64,000 bases of DNA, from positions 4,941 to 68,940 of the forward strand of contig CAZPZU010000016.1 in assembly GCA_964591135.1 (NCBI GenBank), in the 5' to 3' direction. The position numbers and the translations under genes are program-made. Position 1 is the stretch's first letter. Each line of letters begins with the position of its first letter. This document shows, one piece after another, positions 44,635 through 54,415 of this stretch. The DNA comes from an uncultured Gemmatimonadaceae bacterium (GTDB lineage: Bacteria; Gemmatimonadota; Gemmatimonadetes; Longimicrobiales; Gaopeijiaceae). The notes beneath the pieces are model-generated. The model ran no database searches. It worked only from the letters and a program-made list of their open reading frames with translations, and was not told the DNA's origin.

Positions 44635-47462
44635 CCCATAGATTCGATTTCGAGCGTTCCGAGCTGCCGGAGGATCTCCGGGCGCTCGATGCCGAGCTCT
44701 CCTCCATCCGATACGAGGAGCGCCCGTCCTTCGGGCCCGAGCTGCGGGCCGAGCTGGCCAGCGAATGGCGGTCGGTTCGGACGCGCAGGCATTGGCCCGT
44801 TCGCCAGCTCATGGCGGCCGGGATCGCCGGGCTCGTGATGGGGGGCCTGGGGGTGCCGTCCGCGCGGGCGGCCCTGGTGCGGCTCGTCGAGGTGGTACGG
44901 GCGCCGCGTGAAGCGCGCGTCGAAGCCCCGACCACGATGCCCTCGCTCCCGCTGCTGCCTTTCGATACGCCCGCGGTGGGCGGCGACGAATTCCGTGCGG
45001 TGCCTCCGCGGCTGGGCGCCGAGCCTCCTCCCACGCCCGGAACGACCGTGCCGCGCTACGAGGGGCCGGAAGCCACGTTCCCCGAGCTGGTCGACCGATC
45101 GGCGACGGAGAACCTGATCCGGGACAACTATCCCCTCGCGCTCCAGCGGCGAGGGGTCGGGGGGACCGTGCGCGTGCGGCTCTGGGTCGATTCGACCGGA
45201 GCGGTGGACGTGGCCAACGTCGCCGAGAGCTCGGGCGTGCCGGAGCTCGATCGAGCGGCCGTGCAGGTCGCGCCGTCGTTCCGCTTCACGCCCGCGACAC
45301 GTCGCGGGAAAGCCGTCGGCACGTGGGTGGAGTTCGACGTGCGCTTCGCGCCGCTTCGCGCCGGGGCCGACACGGCCGCCATCCTGGACGTCGAGGTGCC
45401 GGAGGGTCCCTCCATTCCCGACCTCTCGCCGGCGTCCCTCCTCGCCGACTTCAGGGAGGACGTCGTCTTGCCGGTCGCCGGTCGGCGCGAGGCGGGCGAC
45501 GTCCTGCGCGCCGCCCTCGGGGACGACGCGTTGGTACGTCGCCTGGGGCCCATCGACGCGATCCTCCAAGGGGACCCGCCGGCCGGCACCGCGCCGACGC
45601 AGTGGCGCTCCGAGGTATCCTCGGCCCTGGAGGCTGCGATCGTGCGGGCGCCCGACAACCCCGCTCCGCTGCTGGCTCTGGCGCGCATCCGCCGCAAGCA
45701 GGGGCTGCGCACCGAAGCGCGCATGCTCTACGAGCGGGCTCTGGAGCGTGCGCAGCGGGCACCCGCGACCGTGCCGCCGGTCATCCTGGCGGACCTTTAC
45801 TACGAGCGGGGCCTCCTGGTCAGGGAGAGCTGGCTCGGGTCGCGGGGAGCCGGGCGTCTGCCGGCGGACGCGCTCCCGGCCTCCGCCTGTCCTCAGGCAC
45901 GGTCGTCCGGCGGTGCCGTCTCCGGGTACGCCTCCGTGGATCGACTGATCGCGTGGAACTACCTGTGTCCGGAGGCGTTGGGCGAGGCGTTCCGGACGGC
46001 GTTCGAGCCGGCTCCCGGCAGCTCGGAAGCCAACAAGGCGGTGATGATGGCGTCCTTCCGCTCGGCGGTGGAGGCGTACCCGGCCCACCCCGGCGCCAAT
46101 CTCGAGATCCTCCTCGAGCTGGCCGACGAAGGCCGCTGGACGGAGGTCCTCGAAGGCGCGCGCAGGTTCACGCGTGCCTCGGAAGGCCACCCCTACGGTC
46201 TCCTGATGGAGGGCCTGGCGCTCCAGCGCCTGTCCCGGACCGAGGACGCCGAGGGCCAGTTCCGCATCGCCCTCCGGTCGCTTCCGGCCGGAGAGGTCGC
46301 GGAGATGGAGGACATCTCGAAGCTCCTCGACCCGTCCCAGACCGCCCAGTACTGGAAGGCGTCCGGCGGAGCGCGCGAGGCATGGGTGCGGGCCTTCTGG
46401 GAGCGCCTCGATCCCATCCTGTCCACGCCCGTCAACGAGCGTCGGGTCGAGCATCTGGCGCGGGCGTCCTACGCCCACCTCCGCTTCGGATCGGCCTTGT
46501 CCGACCCTGGGGAGGTATGGGTGCGCTACGGGCGACCGACGAAGGTGCGCGTCGTTGCGGAAGGATCGGGTGTGCGGACGGAGTTCTGGGACTACGGCTC
46601 GGGACCGGACATCACCTTCCGACGGATGGCGGCGTCCGAGAACCTCGACCTGACGTCCGAGGGCCGGTCGTACGTGGATGAGCTCAGGCAGGTCTTTCCG
46701 CACCGGTACGGCACCGGGTCGAGGCTCGTGTTCTCGCTCCCTGGGCAGGTGACGCGCTTCCGCGGCTCCGGCGTCGGGGCGTCCGACGTCGTGGTGAACA
46801 CCCAGGTTCCGGCGCTGCCGGCGACCTCCGCGCACGACACGTTGGACCTGAACGTCTTCCTGCTCGGCTCGGAGGGCGAGAAGCTGGACATGGTGCAACG
46901 GCTCATCGGCGCCGAGCCTTCACCGATCTCCATGGAGGCGCCGGCGGCTCCCGAGGTCTCGGATGTCGTGGTGGAGGTCTTCAACCGCCGCACCGGACAG
47001 GCCGCGGCGCTTCGCGACTCGGTCCACGCGGCCGAGTCCGCCGCCGGCGCGACGATCTCGGACCTGCTGCTGACGAAGCCGGCCTCTCCAACGCCGCAGG
47101 CCGTACGGCGCGACGCGCCGTGGCTGCAGCCGCTCACGCTCGCCGGGCCGGTGGACACGCACGAGGTGGGGGTGTTCTTCGAGCTCTACGATGTCGCCCC
47201 CATGGCTCCCTGGTACCGCCTCCGCGCGGAGGCCGAGAACCGGAACACGGGCACGGTCCAGGCGCTGGACATCCGTCCCGCCGGGGAGGAGCGGCTGCGT
47301 GCGACGTGGGATCGGCGGCCGAGGGAGGGCGGAATGACGCCGGAGTACCTGAGCGTATGGCTGGGGGACCTTCCCGCAGGATCGTACCGGCTGCGGATCA
47401 TCGCGGACCTCCCGGAAACCGGGAGACCCCTGATCGCTGAGCGGAACATCGAGCGGCGCTGA
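44631..47462 (+). CDS. single-pass membrane protein, anti-sigma-like position: cytoplasmic N-terminus, TM, TonB_C-like domain, TPR-like repeats, GWxTD-like domain
   Basis: 943 aa. ATGA overlap with the sigma gene. TM helix LMAAGIAGLVMGGLGV at about aa 60-76. TonB C-terminal-like block (YPLALQRRGVGGTVRVRLWVDSTGAVDVANVAESSGVPELDRAAVQVAPSFRFTPA) at about aa 150-240. Helical repeats at about aa 330-560. GWxTD-like block (WVRAFWERLDP...GEVWVRYGRP...EFWDYG) at about aa 580-660. Confidence 0.8.
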   Translation: MTHRFDFERSELPEDLRALDAELSSIRYEERPSFGPELRAELASEWRSVRTRRHWPVRQLMAAGIAGLVMGGLGVPSARAALVRLVEVVRAPREARVEAPTTMPSLPLLPFDTPAVGGDEFRAVPPRLGAEPPPTPGTTVPRYEGPEATFPELVDRSATENLIRDNYPLALQRRGVGGTVRVRLWVDSTGAVDVANVAESSGVPELDRAAVQVAPSFRFTPATRRGKAVGTWVEFDVRFAPLRAGADTAAILDVEVPEGPSIPDLSPASLLADFREDVVLPVAGRREAGDVLRAALGDDALVRRLGPIDAILQGDPPAGTAPTQWRSEVSSALEAAIVRAPDNPAPLLALARIRRKQGLRTEARMLYERALERAQRAPATVPPVILADLYYERGLLVRESWLGSRGAGRLPADALPASACPQARSSGGAVSGYASVDRLIAWNYLCPEALGEAFRTAFEPAPGSSEANKAVMMASFRSAVEAYPAHPGANLEILLELADEGRWTEVLEGARRFTRASEGHPYGLLMEGLALQRLSRTEDAEGQFRIALRSLPAGEVAEMEDISKLLDPSQTAQYWKASGGAREAWVRAFWERLDPILSTPVNERRVEHLARASYAHLRFGSALSDPGEVWVRYGRPTKVRVVAEGSGVRTEFWDYGSGPDITFRRMAASENLDLTSEGRSYVDELRQVFPHRYGTGSRLVFSLPGQVTRFRGSGVGASDVVVNTQVPALPATSAHDTLDLNVFLLGSEGEKLDMVQRLIGAEPSPISMEAPAAPEVSDVVVEVFNRRTGQAAALRDSVHAAESAAGATISDLLLTKPASPTPQAVRRDAPWLQPLTLAGPVDTHEVGVFFELYDVAPMAPWYRLRAEAENRNTGTVQALDIRPAGEERLRATWDRRPREGGMTPEYLSVWLGDLPAGSYRLRIIADLPETGRPLIAERNIERR

Positions 47463-47530
47463 CACCGAGGGGCGATCGTTTGTAGCTTCCTGCCGGTCAT
47501 TCACGTCGCCCCCCGACACGGCTCCGTTCC

Positions 47531-48745
47531 ATGAGCAAGAAGATCGTCTCCGACATCGACCCCGCTTCGCTGGCGGGACGCACCGTCCTCGTCCGGGCGG
47601 ATCTGAACGTTCCGCTCGCCGATGGCCGGATCTCCGACGACCGACGCGTTCGCGCGTCGCTCCCGACCCTCCGCCTGTTGACCTCCGCGGGCGCGCGCGT
47701 CGTCCTACTCTCGCATCTCGGGCGGCCCAAAGGCGCTCCGGACCCGAAGTACTCCCTGAAGCCCGTGGCGGACCGGCTCGCGGAGCTCCTGAATAGATCC
47801 GTCCGCTTCGTCCCGGAGTCGGCCGGCCCCGCCGTGCGCACAGCCGTCGAGTCCCTATCGGAGGGCGACGTGGCCCTCCTCGAGAACACGCGCTTCCATC
47901 CTGGCGACACCGCCAACGACCCGGAGCTGGCCGCCAGCTGGGCGGCCCTTGGCGACCTGTTCGTCAACGACGCTTTCGGTGCCGCGCATCGTGCACACGC
48001 GTCGACCTCCGGCCTGGCCGAGGCGGTCAAGGCACGGGGTGGGGAAGCGGTGGCGGGCCTCCTGATGGCGCGGGAGCTCAGGTTCCTCGGCGAGGCGCTG
48101 GAGCGCCCCGAGCGGCCGTTCGTCGCGATCCTGGGCGGCGCCAAGATCTCGGGTAAGATCGACGTGATCGGGGCGCTGCTTCCTCGCGTGGACCGCCTGC
48201 TGATCGGGGGCGCCATGGCGAACACCTTCTTCAAGGCCCTGGGGCTCGAGACCGGAGGCTCCCTCGTGGAAGACGACCGCGTCGAGGTCGCACGGCGGAC
48301 CCTGCAGGAGGCGGGCGAGCGCCTGCTCCTTCCCGTCGACTGCGTGGTGGCTGCCGAGATCGCCGAGGGCTCGACCACCCGCGTGGTCGAGCGGTCGCAG
48401 GTCGGCGCCGACGACCGGATCGGAGACGTGGGACCTGCCACCCGGGAGGTCTACGCGAAGGAGATCGCCGCCGCCCGCACGATCGTGTGGAACGGTCCCA
48501 TGGGGGTGTTCGAGATCGACGCCTTCGCCGAGGGAACGACCGCCATGGCGCGTGCGGTCGCCACGGCCTGTGACGGCGGAGCCACGGCGGTGCTCGGCGG
48601 TGGCGATTCGGCCGCGGCGGTCGATCGGGCTGGCGTGGCGGACAGGATCACCCACGTGTCCACGGGAGGGGGCGCCTCGCTGGAGTTCCTGGCCGGCGCC
48701 GCTCTGCCGGGCGTCGAAGCCCTCACCGAGGGGAGCGCGGCATGA
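47531..48745 (+). CDS. pgk: phosphoglycerate kinase
   Basis: 404 aa. Motifs VLVRADLNVPL, SHLGRPKG and WNGPMGVFE. Confidence 0.95.
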   Translation: MSKKIVSDIDPASLAGRTVLVRADLNVPLADGRISDDRRVRASLPTLRLLTSAGARVVLLSHLGRPKGAPDPKYSLKPVADRLAELLNRSVRFVPESAGPAVRTAVESLSEGDVALLENTRFHPGDTANDPELAASWAALGDLFVNDAFGAAHRAHASTSGLAEAVKARGGEAVAGLLMARELRFLGEALERPERPFVAILGGAKISGKIDVIGALLPRVDRLLIGGAMANTFFKALGLETGGSLVEDDRVEVARRTLQEAGERLLLPVDCVVAAEIAEGSTTRVVERSQVGADDRIGDVGPATREVYAKEIAAARTIVWNGPMGVFEIDAFAEGTTAMARAVATACDGGATAVLGGGDSAAAVDRAGVADRITHVSTGGGASLEFLAGAALPGVEALTEGSAA

Positions 48746-49491
48746 AGGTCATCGCCGGCAACTGGAAGATGAACCACGGACCGGAGGCGACCCGGGCCTT
48801 CTTCAGCGGGCTCGAGTTGCCCCGCGGCGCGGCCACGCACGAGCTCGTGGTGTTTCCCCCTACACTCTCGTTGGCGGCGGCCGTGGCCAGCCCGGAACGG
48901 GATCCGCGCATCCAGCTGGGCGTGCAGAACATCCACTGGGAGGACGCCGGCGCGTACACGGGCGAAGTGTCCGCGGCGATGGCCCACGAGGCAGGGGCGG
49001 CCTTCGTGCTCATCGGCCACTCCGAGCGGCGACACCTGTTCGGGGAGACCGACCAGGACGTGGCACGCAAGGTGCGCGCGGCCCGACGTCACGGCCTGGT
49101 GCCGGTGGTGTGCGTGGGCGAGACGCTCGAAGAGCGGCGCGCCGGGCGGGTCGAAGAGGTGATCCTCGGCCAGCTCGACGCGGCGCTGGAGGCGTTGGAC
49201 GAGTCGCGTGAGCGGTTCCTCCTCGCCTACGAGCCGGTGTGGGCGATCGGCACGGGGGAGACCGCCACACCCGCGGACGCTTCGGCTGCGCACGCGGCGC
49301 TCCGCGGCCGCTTGGACGAGCGGATCGGGCCTGCGCGCGCGACACGCGTTCCGATCCTGTACGGTGGAAGCGTGAAGCCCGACAACGCGGCCGAACTCCT
49401 GGGCGCGCGCGACGTCGACGGCGTGCTCGTCGGGGGAGCGAGCCTCGTTCCGGCCTCGTTCGCGGCGCTTGTGGCGGCCGCCGACCGTTGA
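48742..49491 (+). CDS. tpiA: triose-phosphate isomerase
   Basis: 249 aa. ATGA overlap with pgk. Motifs AGNWKMN, IGHSERR, AYEPVWAIGTG and YGGSV. Confidence 0.95.
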   Translation: MKVIAGNWKMNHGPEATRAFFSGLELPRGAATHELVVFPPTLSLAAAVASPERDPRIQLGVQNIHWEDAGAYTGEVSAAMAHEAGAAFVLIGHSERRHLFGETDQDVARKVRAARRHGLVPVVCVGETLEERRAGRVEEVILGQLDAALEALDESRERFLLAYEPVWAIGTGETATPADASAAHAALRGRLDERIGPARATRVPILYGGSVKPDNAAELLGARDVDGVLVGGASLVPASFAALVAAADR

Positions 49492-49552
49492 CACGCCTCC
49501 GGCGCCTTTCGACGTTTAACGTCTCTCATACGCAAACTCATCCGGCGAAACG

Positions 49553-49921
49553 ATGTACGGATTCCTGCTCGTGGTCCTGGTGTTGGACGGGGTCTTCCTC
49601 GCCGTCGTGATCCTTCTCCAGTCGGGGAAGGGGGGCGGCCTCGCCGCCATGGGGGGAAGCGCCGCCATGACGGAGGGCATCCTGGGTGGACGACAGGCCA
49701 CGACGGTGCTCACGCGGGCGACGTGGGTTGCGGGGACGCTGTTCATGCTGCTCGCCTTCGTGCTGTCGATCCTCTCGTCTCGCTCCCAGCAGCCCTCGTC
49801 CGTGATCCAGGTCCAGGCTCCCGCCACAGCCCCGGCGCCCCAGCCGGTGTTGCCGGGAGCGGGTGGCGAGGCCGGAGCGGCGGCGGTTCCCCCGCCCGCG
49901 GGCGACACGTCCCGGAACTGA
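49553..49921 (+). CDS. secG: preprotein translocase subunit SecG
   Basis: 122 aa. Two TM helices flank LLQSGKGGGLAAMGG. Conserved tpiA-secG order. Ala/Pro-rich tail. Confidence 0.85.
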   Translation: MYGFLLVVLVLDGVFLAVVILLQSGKGGGLAAMGGSAAMTEGILGGRQATTVLTRATWVAGTLFMLLAFVLSILSSRSQQPSSVIQVQAPATAPAPQPVLPGAGGEAGAAAVPPPAGDTSRN

Positions 49922-49950
49922 CGCGACGGGGCTGACGGCCCGAACGGCCC

Positions 49951-51021
49951 GTGGAAGCTCCTGACACCGCCCTTCCCGGTGACCTCGGGAGCGACGAGCT
50001 TCTCGAGCTCCACCGGTGGATGTGCCTGGTCCGGGCCGCGGAGGAGCGGCTCGAGACCCTTCTCAAGCAGGGGCACATGCAGGGGAGCGTCTACCGTTCT
50101 CTCGGGCAGGAGGCGGGCGTGGTCGGCGTGGCGTACGCGCTCAGACGGCGCAGGGACGGCACGGGCGACTTCATCGCACCGTCGGTTCGGGCCGGCGGAG
50201 CGCTTCTCCTGTTCGGGGGTTCGCTGGAGGACTTCTTCCGCCAGCACCTGGGCCGCGCGACCTCTCCCTCCATGGGACGCGAGACCCATGTCCACGGGGT
50301 GAACCCGGCGACCGGCTTCGTAGGACCGGTGTGGCCGTTGGGGATCATGCTCGAGGTCATGGCCGGGATCACGTTGTCCTTCAGCCTTCGCGGCGAGGAG
50401 CGCGTGGGCGCCGTCTTCCATGGGGACGGGGCCACCTCGGCCGGGGCATGGCACGAGGGCTTGAGCGTCGCCGCCGCCCGGCGCTGCCCGCTGATCCTGG
50501 TGGTGGAGAACAACCAGTGGGCCTTCTCCACGCCCGTGGAGCGGAACACCCGCGTGGAGCGATTCACGGAGAAGGCCGTCGGGTACGGCATCCGTGGGGA
50601 GTCGGTCGACGGCACGGACGTGGTGGCCGTTCACGACGCCACGGCACGCGCGGCCGATCTGGCCCGAGCGGGCGGGGGCGTTCAGATGATCGAGCTCCGC
50701 TACTATCGGCGGCGGGGGCACGCACAGCACGATCCGCAGGACTACGTGGACCCGACCGTCCTCGCCGAATGGGAAGCACGCGACCCGATCGATCGGTCGG
50801 CGCGCCGCCTCCTGGTCCTGGGTGTGGCTACGATGGAGGACCTCGAGGACGTGTGGGGCGAGGCCGTGGCCCGGTGCGGTGCCGCCGCCGCCCGCGCGCT
50901 GGCAGAGCCGGAGCCGAGTGGGGAGGATGCCCTCGGCGCAGTCTTCACCGACGTGTCCGCGACGGCGCCCTGGACGCGCCTCCCGGACCCGGACCCCCGA
51001 GCTATTCGAGCGAGACCATGA
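49951..51021 (+). CDS. 2-oxoacid dehydrogenase E1 component, alpha subunit (TPP-dependent)
   Basis: 356 aa. TPP motif HGDGATSAGAWHEGLSVAA...LILVVENNQWAFST. Confidence 0.9.
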   Translation: MEAPDTALPGDLGSDELLELHRWMCLVRAAEERLETLLKQGHMQGSVYRSLGQEAGVVGVAYALRRRRDGTGDFIAPSVRAGGALLLFGGSLEDFFRQHLGRATSPSMGRETHVHGVNPATGFVGPVWPLGIMLEVMAGITLSFSLRGEERVGAVFHGDGATSAGAWHEGLSVAAARRCPLILVVENNQWAFSTPVERNTRVERFTEKAVGYGIRGESVDGTDVVAVHDATARAADLARAGGGVQMIELRYYRRRGHAQHDPQDYVDPTVLAEWEARDPIDRSARRLLVLGVATMEDLEDVWGEAVARCGAAAARALAEPEPSGEDALGAVFTDVSATAPWTRLPDPDPRAIRARP

Positions 51022-52046
51022 CGCCTCCCGCACCCCCCGCGCACCTCACACGCACCCGCAGGGGTGAGCCGGTGACGTTCCTCGAGGCGATCGGCGAGGC
51101 CCTCTTCGAGGAGATGGAGCGCGACGACCGGGTCTTCCTCATGGGGGAGGACATCGGCGCGTACGGGGGCGCGTTCAAGGTCACCAAGGGCCTCCTGGAC
51201 CATTTCGGGGAGAAGCGCGTCATCGACACGCCCATCGCCGAGGGAGGCTTCACGGGCGCCGCGGCCGGTGCAGCCCACATGGGCTTGCGCCCGGTGGTGG
51301 AGATGCAGTTCATGGACTTCGTCTCTCCCGCCTACGATGTCATCACGAACTACATCGCCACCTCGCTCTACCGGGGCGCGGGCCCGATGCCGCTGGTGAT
51401 CCGTGGCCCGGTGGGGGGAGGGAACCGCGGCGGTCCGTTCCATTCCCAGAACGTGGAAATGGCGTTCTTCCACACGCCGGGGCTGAAGATCGTCTATCCG
51501 AGCACGCCCTTCGACGCGAAGGGGCTACTCAAGTCCGCGATCCGCGACGACAACCCGGTGATCTTCGAGGAGCACAAGGGCCTGTACCGCGCACCCGCCC
51601 TTCGCGAGGTGCTTCCGGACGAAGACTACGTGGTGCCGCTCGGCGAGGCCCGGACCGTTCGTGAGGGTCGTGACCTGACGGTGGTCACATACGGAGCCAT
51701 GGTACACCGGAGCCTCGAAGCTGCGGAACGCCTCCGGGAGGAGGACGGGGTCTCGGTGGAGATCGTGGACCTGCGGACCCTCCTGCCGCTGGACGAGGAG
51801 GCGATCGTGACGAGCGTGCAGCGGACGGGGCGGCTCCTCGTCGTCCACGAGGACACGCGCACGGGCGGGATCGCCGGGGAGATCGCGATCCGCGTCAACG
51901 AGAGGGCGTTCGAGTGGCTGGACGCTCCGATCCTCCGCGTCACAGCGATCGACGCTCCGGTCCCGTACGCGGCCCCGCTCGAGGACTACTTCCTCCCGCA
52001 GGTCGCCGACATCGTGGAAGCGGGGCGCTACCTTGCAGGGTACTGA
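51018..52046 (+). CDS. 2-oxoacid dehydrogenase E1 component, beta subunit
   Basis: ATG 51018 overlaps the E1-alpha TGA. Motifs VFLMGEDIGAYGGAFKVTKGL, VIDTPIAEGGFTG and EHKGLY. Confidence 0.93.
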   Translation: MTPPAPPAHLTRTRRGEPVTFLEAIGEALFEEMERDDRVFLMGEDIGAYGGAFKVTKGLLDHFGEKRVIDTPIAEGGFTGAAAGAAHMGLRPVVEMQFMDFVSPAYDVITNYIATSLYRGAGPMPLVIRGPVGGGNRGGPFHSQNVEMAFFHTPGLKIVYPSTPFDAKGLLKSAIRDDNPVIFEEHKGLYRAPALREVLPDEDYVVPLGEARTVREGRDLTVVTYGAMVHRSLEAAERLREEDGVSVEIVDLRTLLPLDEEAIVTSVQRTGRLLVVHEDTRTGGIAGEIAIRVNERAFEWLDAPILRVTAIDAPVPYAAPLEDYFLPQVADIVEAGRYLAGY

Positions 52047-52191
52047 GGACCGACCCATCGTTCGAGTCCGGCAGACCGCAGGAGAAGGGGAAAGCACGGT
52101 TGCGTGCCGAGGACACGGACCGAATCGCGCGACTGGCGGGTAAGCCGATCCGGTCCCCCTGTTGAACCCGACAACCGCGGAGCATACGAGC

Positions 52192-53691
52192 GTGGCTCGC
52201 ATCGAAGTCCCCATGCCCCAGATGGGCGAGTCCATCGCCGAGGGCACCGTGTCCAAGTGGCTGAAGCAGGTGGGCGACACCGTCGAGCGGGACGAGCCCA
52301 TCCTCGAGATCTCCACCGACAAGGTGGACGCCGAGATCCCGGCGCCGTCGTCGGGGACCCTGGTGGAGATCGCGGTTTCGGAGGGCGCCACGGTCGAGGT
52401 CGGCACCGTGGTGGCCTACATCGACTCCGAGGGCGGTGCTCCGGCGACGAACGGAAGGCCGGCCGCCGAGGCAGCAGCAGCCGAGGGAGGCGCGACGCCG
52501 GGGGCCGAAGCACCCGCGACCGAGGTAGCGGAAGGGGGCGTCGCGGTAGCGACGCGGCCCGCCGAGACGACCAGGGAGGCGTCGGTGCCCGAGTCGAGGC
52601 CGGCCGAGCCACCGAGCGTGGGCGACGCGACGGGCCCGGCATCCGCGGAGGAGCGGCTGCGCACGCGCTCCACGCCCGTGGTCCGCAGGATCGCGGAGGA
52701 GCACGGGATCGACATCGCCTCCGTGCACGGGACCGGTCACGCCGGCCGCGTGACCAAGCAGGACATCCTGGGCTTCATCGAGTCGGGCGCCGTCCCCGCA
52801 CCCACTCCGGGTCAGGCCGCCGCGGCCCCTGCCCCCGCCGAGCGGCCTGCTGCCCCCGCGCCCTCCCCCCGGGAGGCGGCCAAGGCTCCCGCAGCGGCTA
52901 CGGCGCCCGCCGCAGCATCCGCGGTGCCGTCGGATCTGTGGAAGCGCTTCTACGGCGAAGTGCAGCACCCCGAGTTCCCGGTGCGGGAGGCCGATCGGGT
53001 CGAGGCGATGGACAAGATCCGCCGTCTCACCGCCGAGCACATGGTCGTGGCGAAGCGTATCGCTCCCCACGTGCACTCGTTCATCGAGATCGACTTCACG
53101 GCCATCGACCGCATCCGCAATGCGAACAAGGGGAAGTGGGCGGAGCAGGGCACCAAGGTGAGCTACACCGCATTCGTGGCTTGGGGCACCTCCCGCGTGC
53201 TGCGCGAGTTCCCGATGGTCAACTCCACCGTCTCGGGCAACAACGTCATCTACCGCGGCAACGTGAACCTCGGAATGGCCGTGGACCTCAATCCGGGGCT
53301 GATCGTCCCGGTGATCAAGGACGCCGACGACCTGAGCCTGGTGGGCATCGCCCGCAAGCTCGGCGACCTGGCGGACCGTGCGCGCTCGCGGCAGCTCCTG
53401 CCCGACGAGATCCAGGGCGCCACCTTCTCGATCACGAACCCCGGCGTGCTCGGAACGATGGTGGGCATGCCCATCATCCCCAAGGGCACGTCGGCCATTC
53501 TCGGAACCGGCGCGATCGAAAAGCGTGTGGTCGTCGTCGAGGACCCCGAGACCGGCGAGGACGCCATCGCCGTCCGCAAGCGGGCGCTCTTCTCCATGGG
53601 CTACGATCACCGGATCGTGGACGGGGCGGATGCGGCGCGCTTCCTGGCGCGGCTCAAGGAGGTCTTGGACGACTTCCCCGAGGACGCGTAG
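52192..53691 (+). CDS. 2-oxoacid dehydrogenase E2 dihydrolipoamide acyltransferase
   Basis: Preferred start is GTG 52192 (VARIEVPMPQMGESIAEGTV..., GGAG upstream); the track start is TTG 52162. Lipoyl domain (EISTDKVDAEIPAP), Ala/Pro linkers, subunit-binding domain (PVVRRIAEEHGIDIASVHGTG) and catalytic DHRIVDGA. Confidence 0.9.
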   Translation: MARIEVPMPQMGESIAEGTVSKWLKQVGDTVERDEPILEISTDKVDAEIPAPSSGTLVEIAVSEGATVEVGTVVAYIDSEGGAPATNGRPAAEAAAAEGGATPGAEAPATEVAEGGVAVATRPAETTREASVPESRPAEPPSVGDATGPASAEERLRTRSTPVVRRIAEEHGIDIASVHGTGHAGRVTKQDILGFIESGAVPAPTPGQAAAAPAPAERPAAPAPSPREAAKAPAAATAPAAASAVPSDLWKRFYGEVQHPEFPVREADRVEAMDKIRRLTAEHMVVAKRIAPHVHSFIEIDFTAIDRIRNANKGKWAEQGTKVSYTAFVAWGTSRVLREFPMVNSTVSGNNVIYRGNVNLGMAVDLNPGLIVPVIKDADDLSLVGIARKLGDLADRARSRQLLPDEIQGATFSITNPGVLGTMVGMPIIPKGTSAILGTGAIEKRVVVVEDPETGEDAIAVRKRALFSMGYDHRIVDGADAARFLARLKEVLDDFPEDA

Positions 53692-53728
53692 CGACGGCCG
53701 CCATCCCGCGGACCGGGCCACGGGCCCG

Positions 53729-54415
53729 GTGACGCCGCCCGGCGTGGAAGAGCGTCGGCTCGGGGCGGCGCGCGCCCTGGAGGTCCGCCGACTCGGCACC
53801 GTCGGGTACGCCGACGGGCTGGCGTTGCAGGAGTCGCTCGTGCGGCGGCGGCGCGAGGGCTCCGCACCCGACACGCTTCTCCTCCTCGAACACCCGCACG
53901 TCATCACGCTCGGCACCGGCTCCCACCCCGAGCACGTGCTCGCCGACGCGGCGGAGCGCGCGCGCCTGGGCATCGAGCTCTACGAGACCGGCCGGGGGGG
54001 CGACGTCACCTATCACGGTCCCGGCCAACTTGTCGGCTATCCCATCCTGGACCTCAAGCCGGACCGGACGGACCTGCACCGCTACCTCCGCGACCTCGAA
54101 GAGGCGCTGATCGTCGCCGCGAGCGCCCTGGGCGTGCGCGCCGCCCGCGTGTCGGGGCTCACGGGCGTGTGGACGCCGACGGGGAAGCTCGCGGCCATCG
54201 GGGTGCGTGTGTCGTCGGGGTGGATCACCTCGCACGGATTCGCCCTGAACGTCCACACGGACCTGCGCTACTTCGCGTCGATCGTGCCGTGCGGCATCCG
54301 GGACCGCGACGTCACGTCCCTGGAGCGGGAGCTCGGGCGCCGCGTGACGCTGGCGGAGGCCCAGGAAGCCGTGGTCGAGGCCTTCTCACAGGTGTTCGGA
54401 GTCGGTGTCATGTAG
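53729..54415 (+). CDS. lipB: lipoyl(octanoyl) transferase
   Basis: ORF 53378..54415 trimmed to GTG 53729 (alternative 53744). Motifs LLLLEHPHVITLG, TGRGGDVTYHGPGQLVGYPIL and AAIGVRV...TSHGFALN. Confidence 0.87.
   Translation: MTPPGVEERRLGAARALEVRRLGTVGYADGLALQESLVRRRREGSAPDTLLLLEHPHVITLGTGSHPEHVLADAAERARLGIELYETGRGGDVTYHGPGQLVGYPILDLKPDRTDLHRYLRDLEEALIVAASALGVRAARVSGLTGVWTPTGKLAAIGVRVSSGWITSHGFALNVHTDLRYFASIVPCGIRDRDVTSLERELGRRVTLAEAQEAVVEAFSQVFGVGVM

Noticed and set aside
52060-52069. T-loop-like GTTCGAGTCC in the E1-beta/E2 intergenic region, which might indicate a tRNA.
   Set aside because: The flanking bases cannot form a T-stem (CATCG versus CCGGC). No acceptor or anticodon arms can be drawn, and the gap is only about 145 nt.
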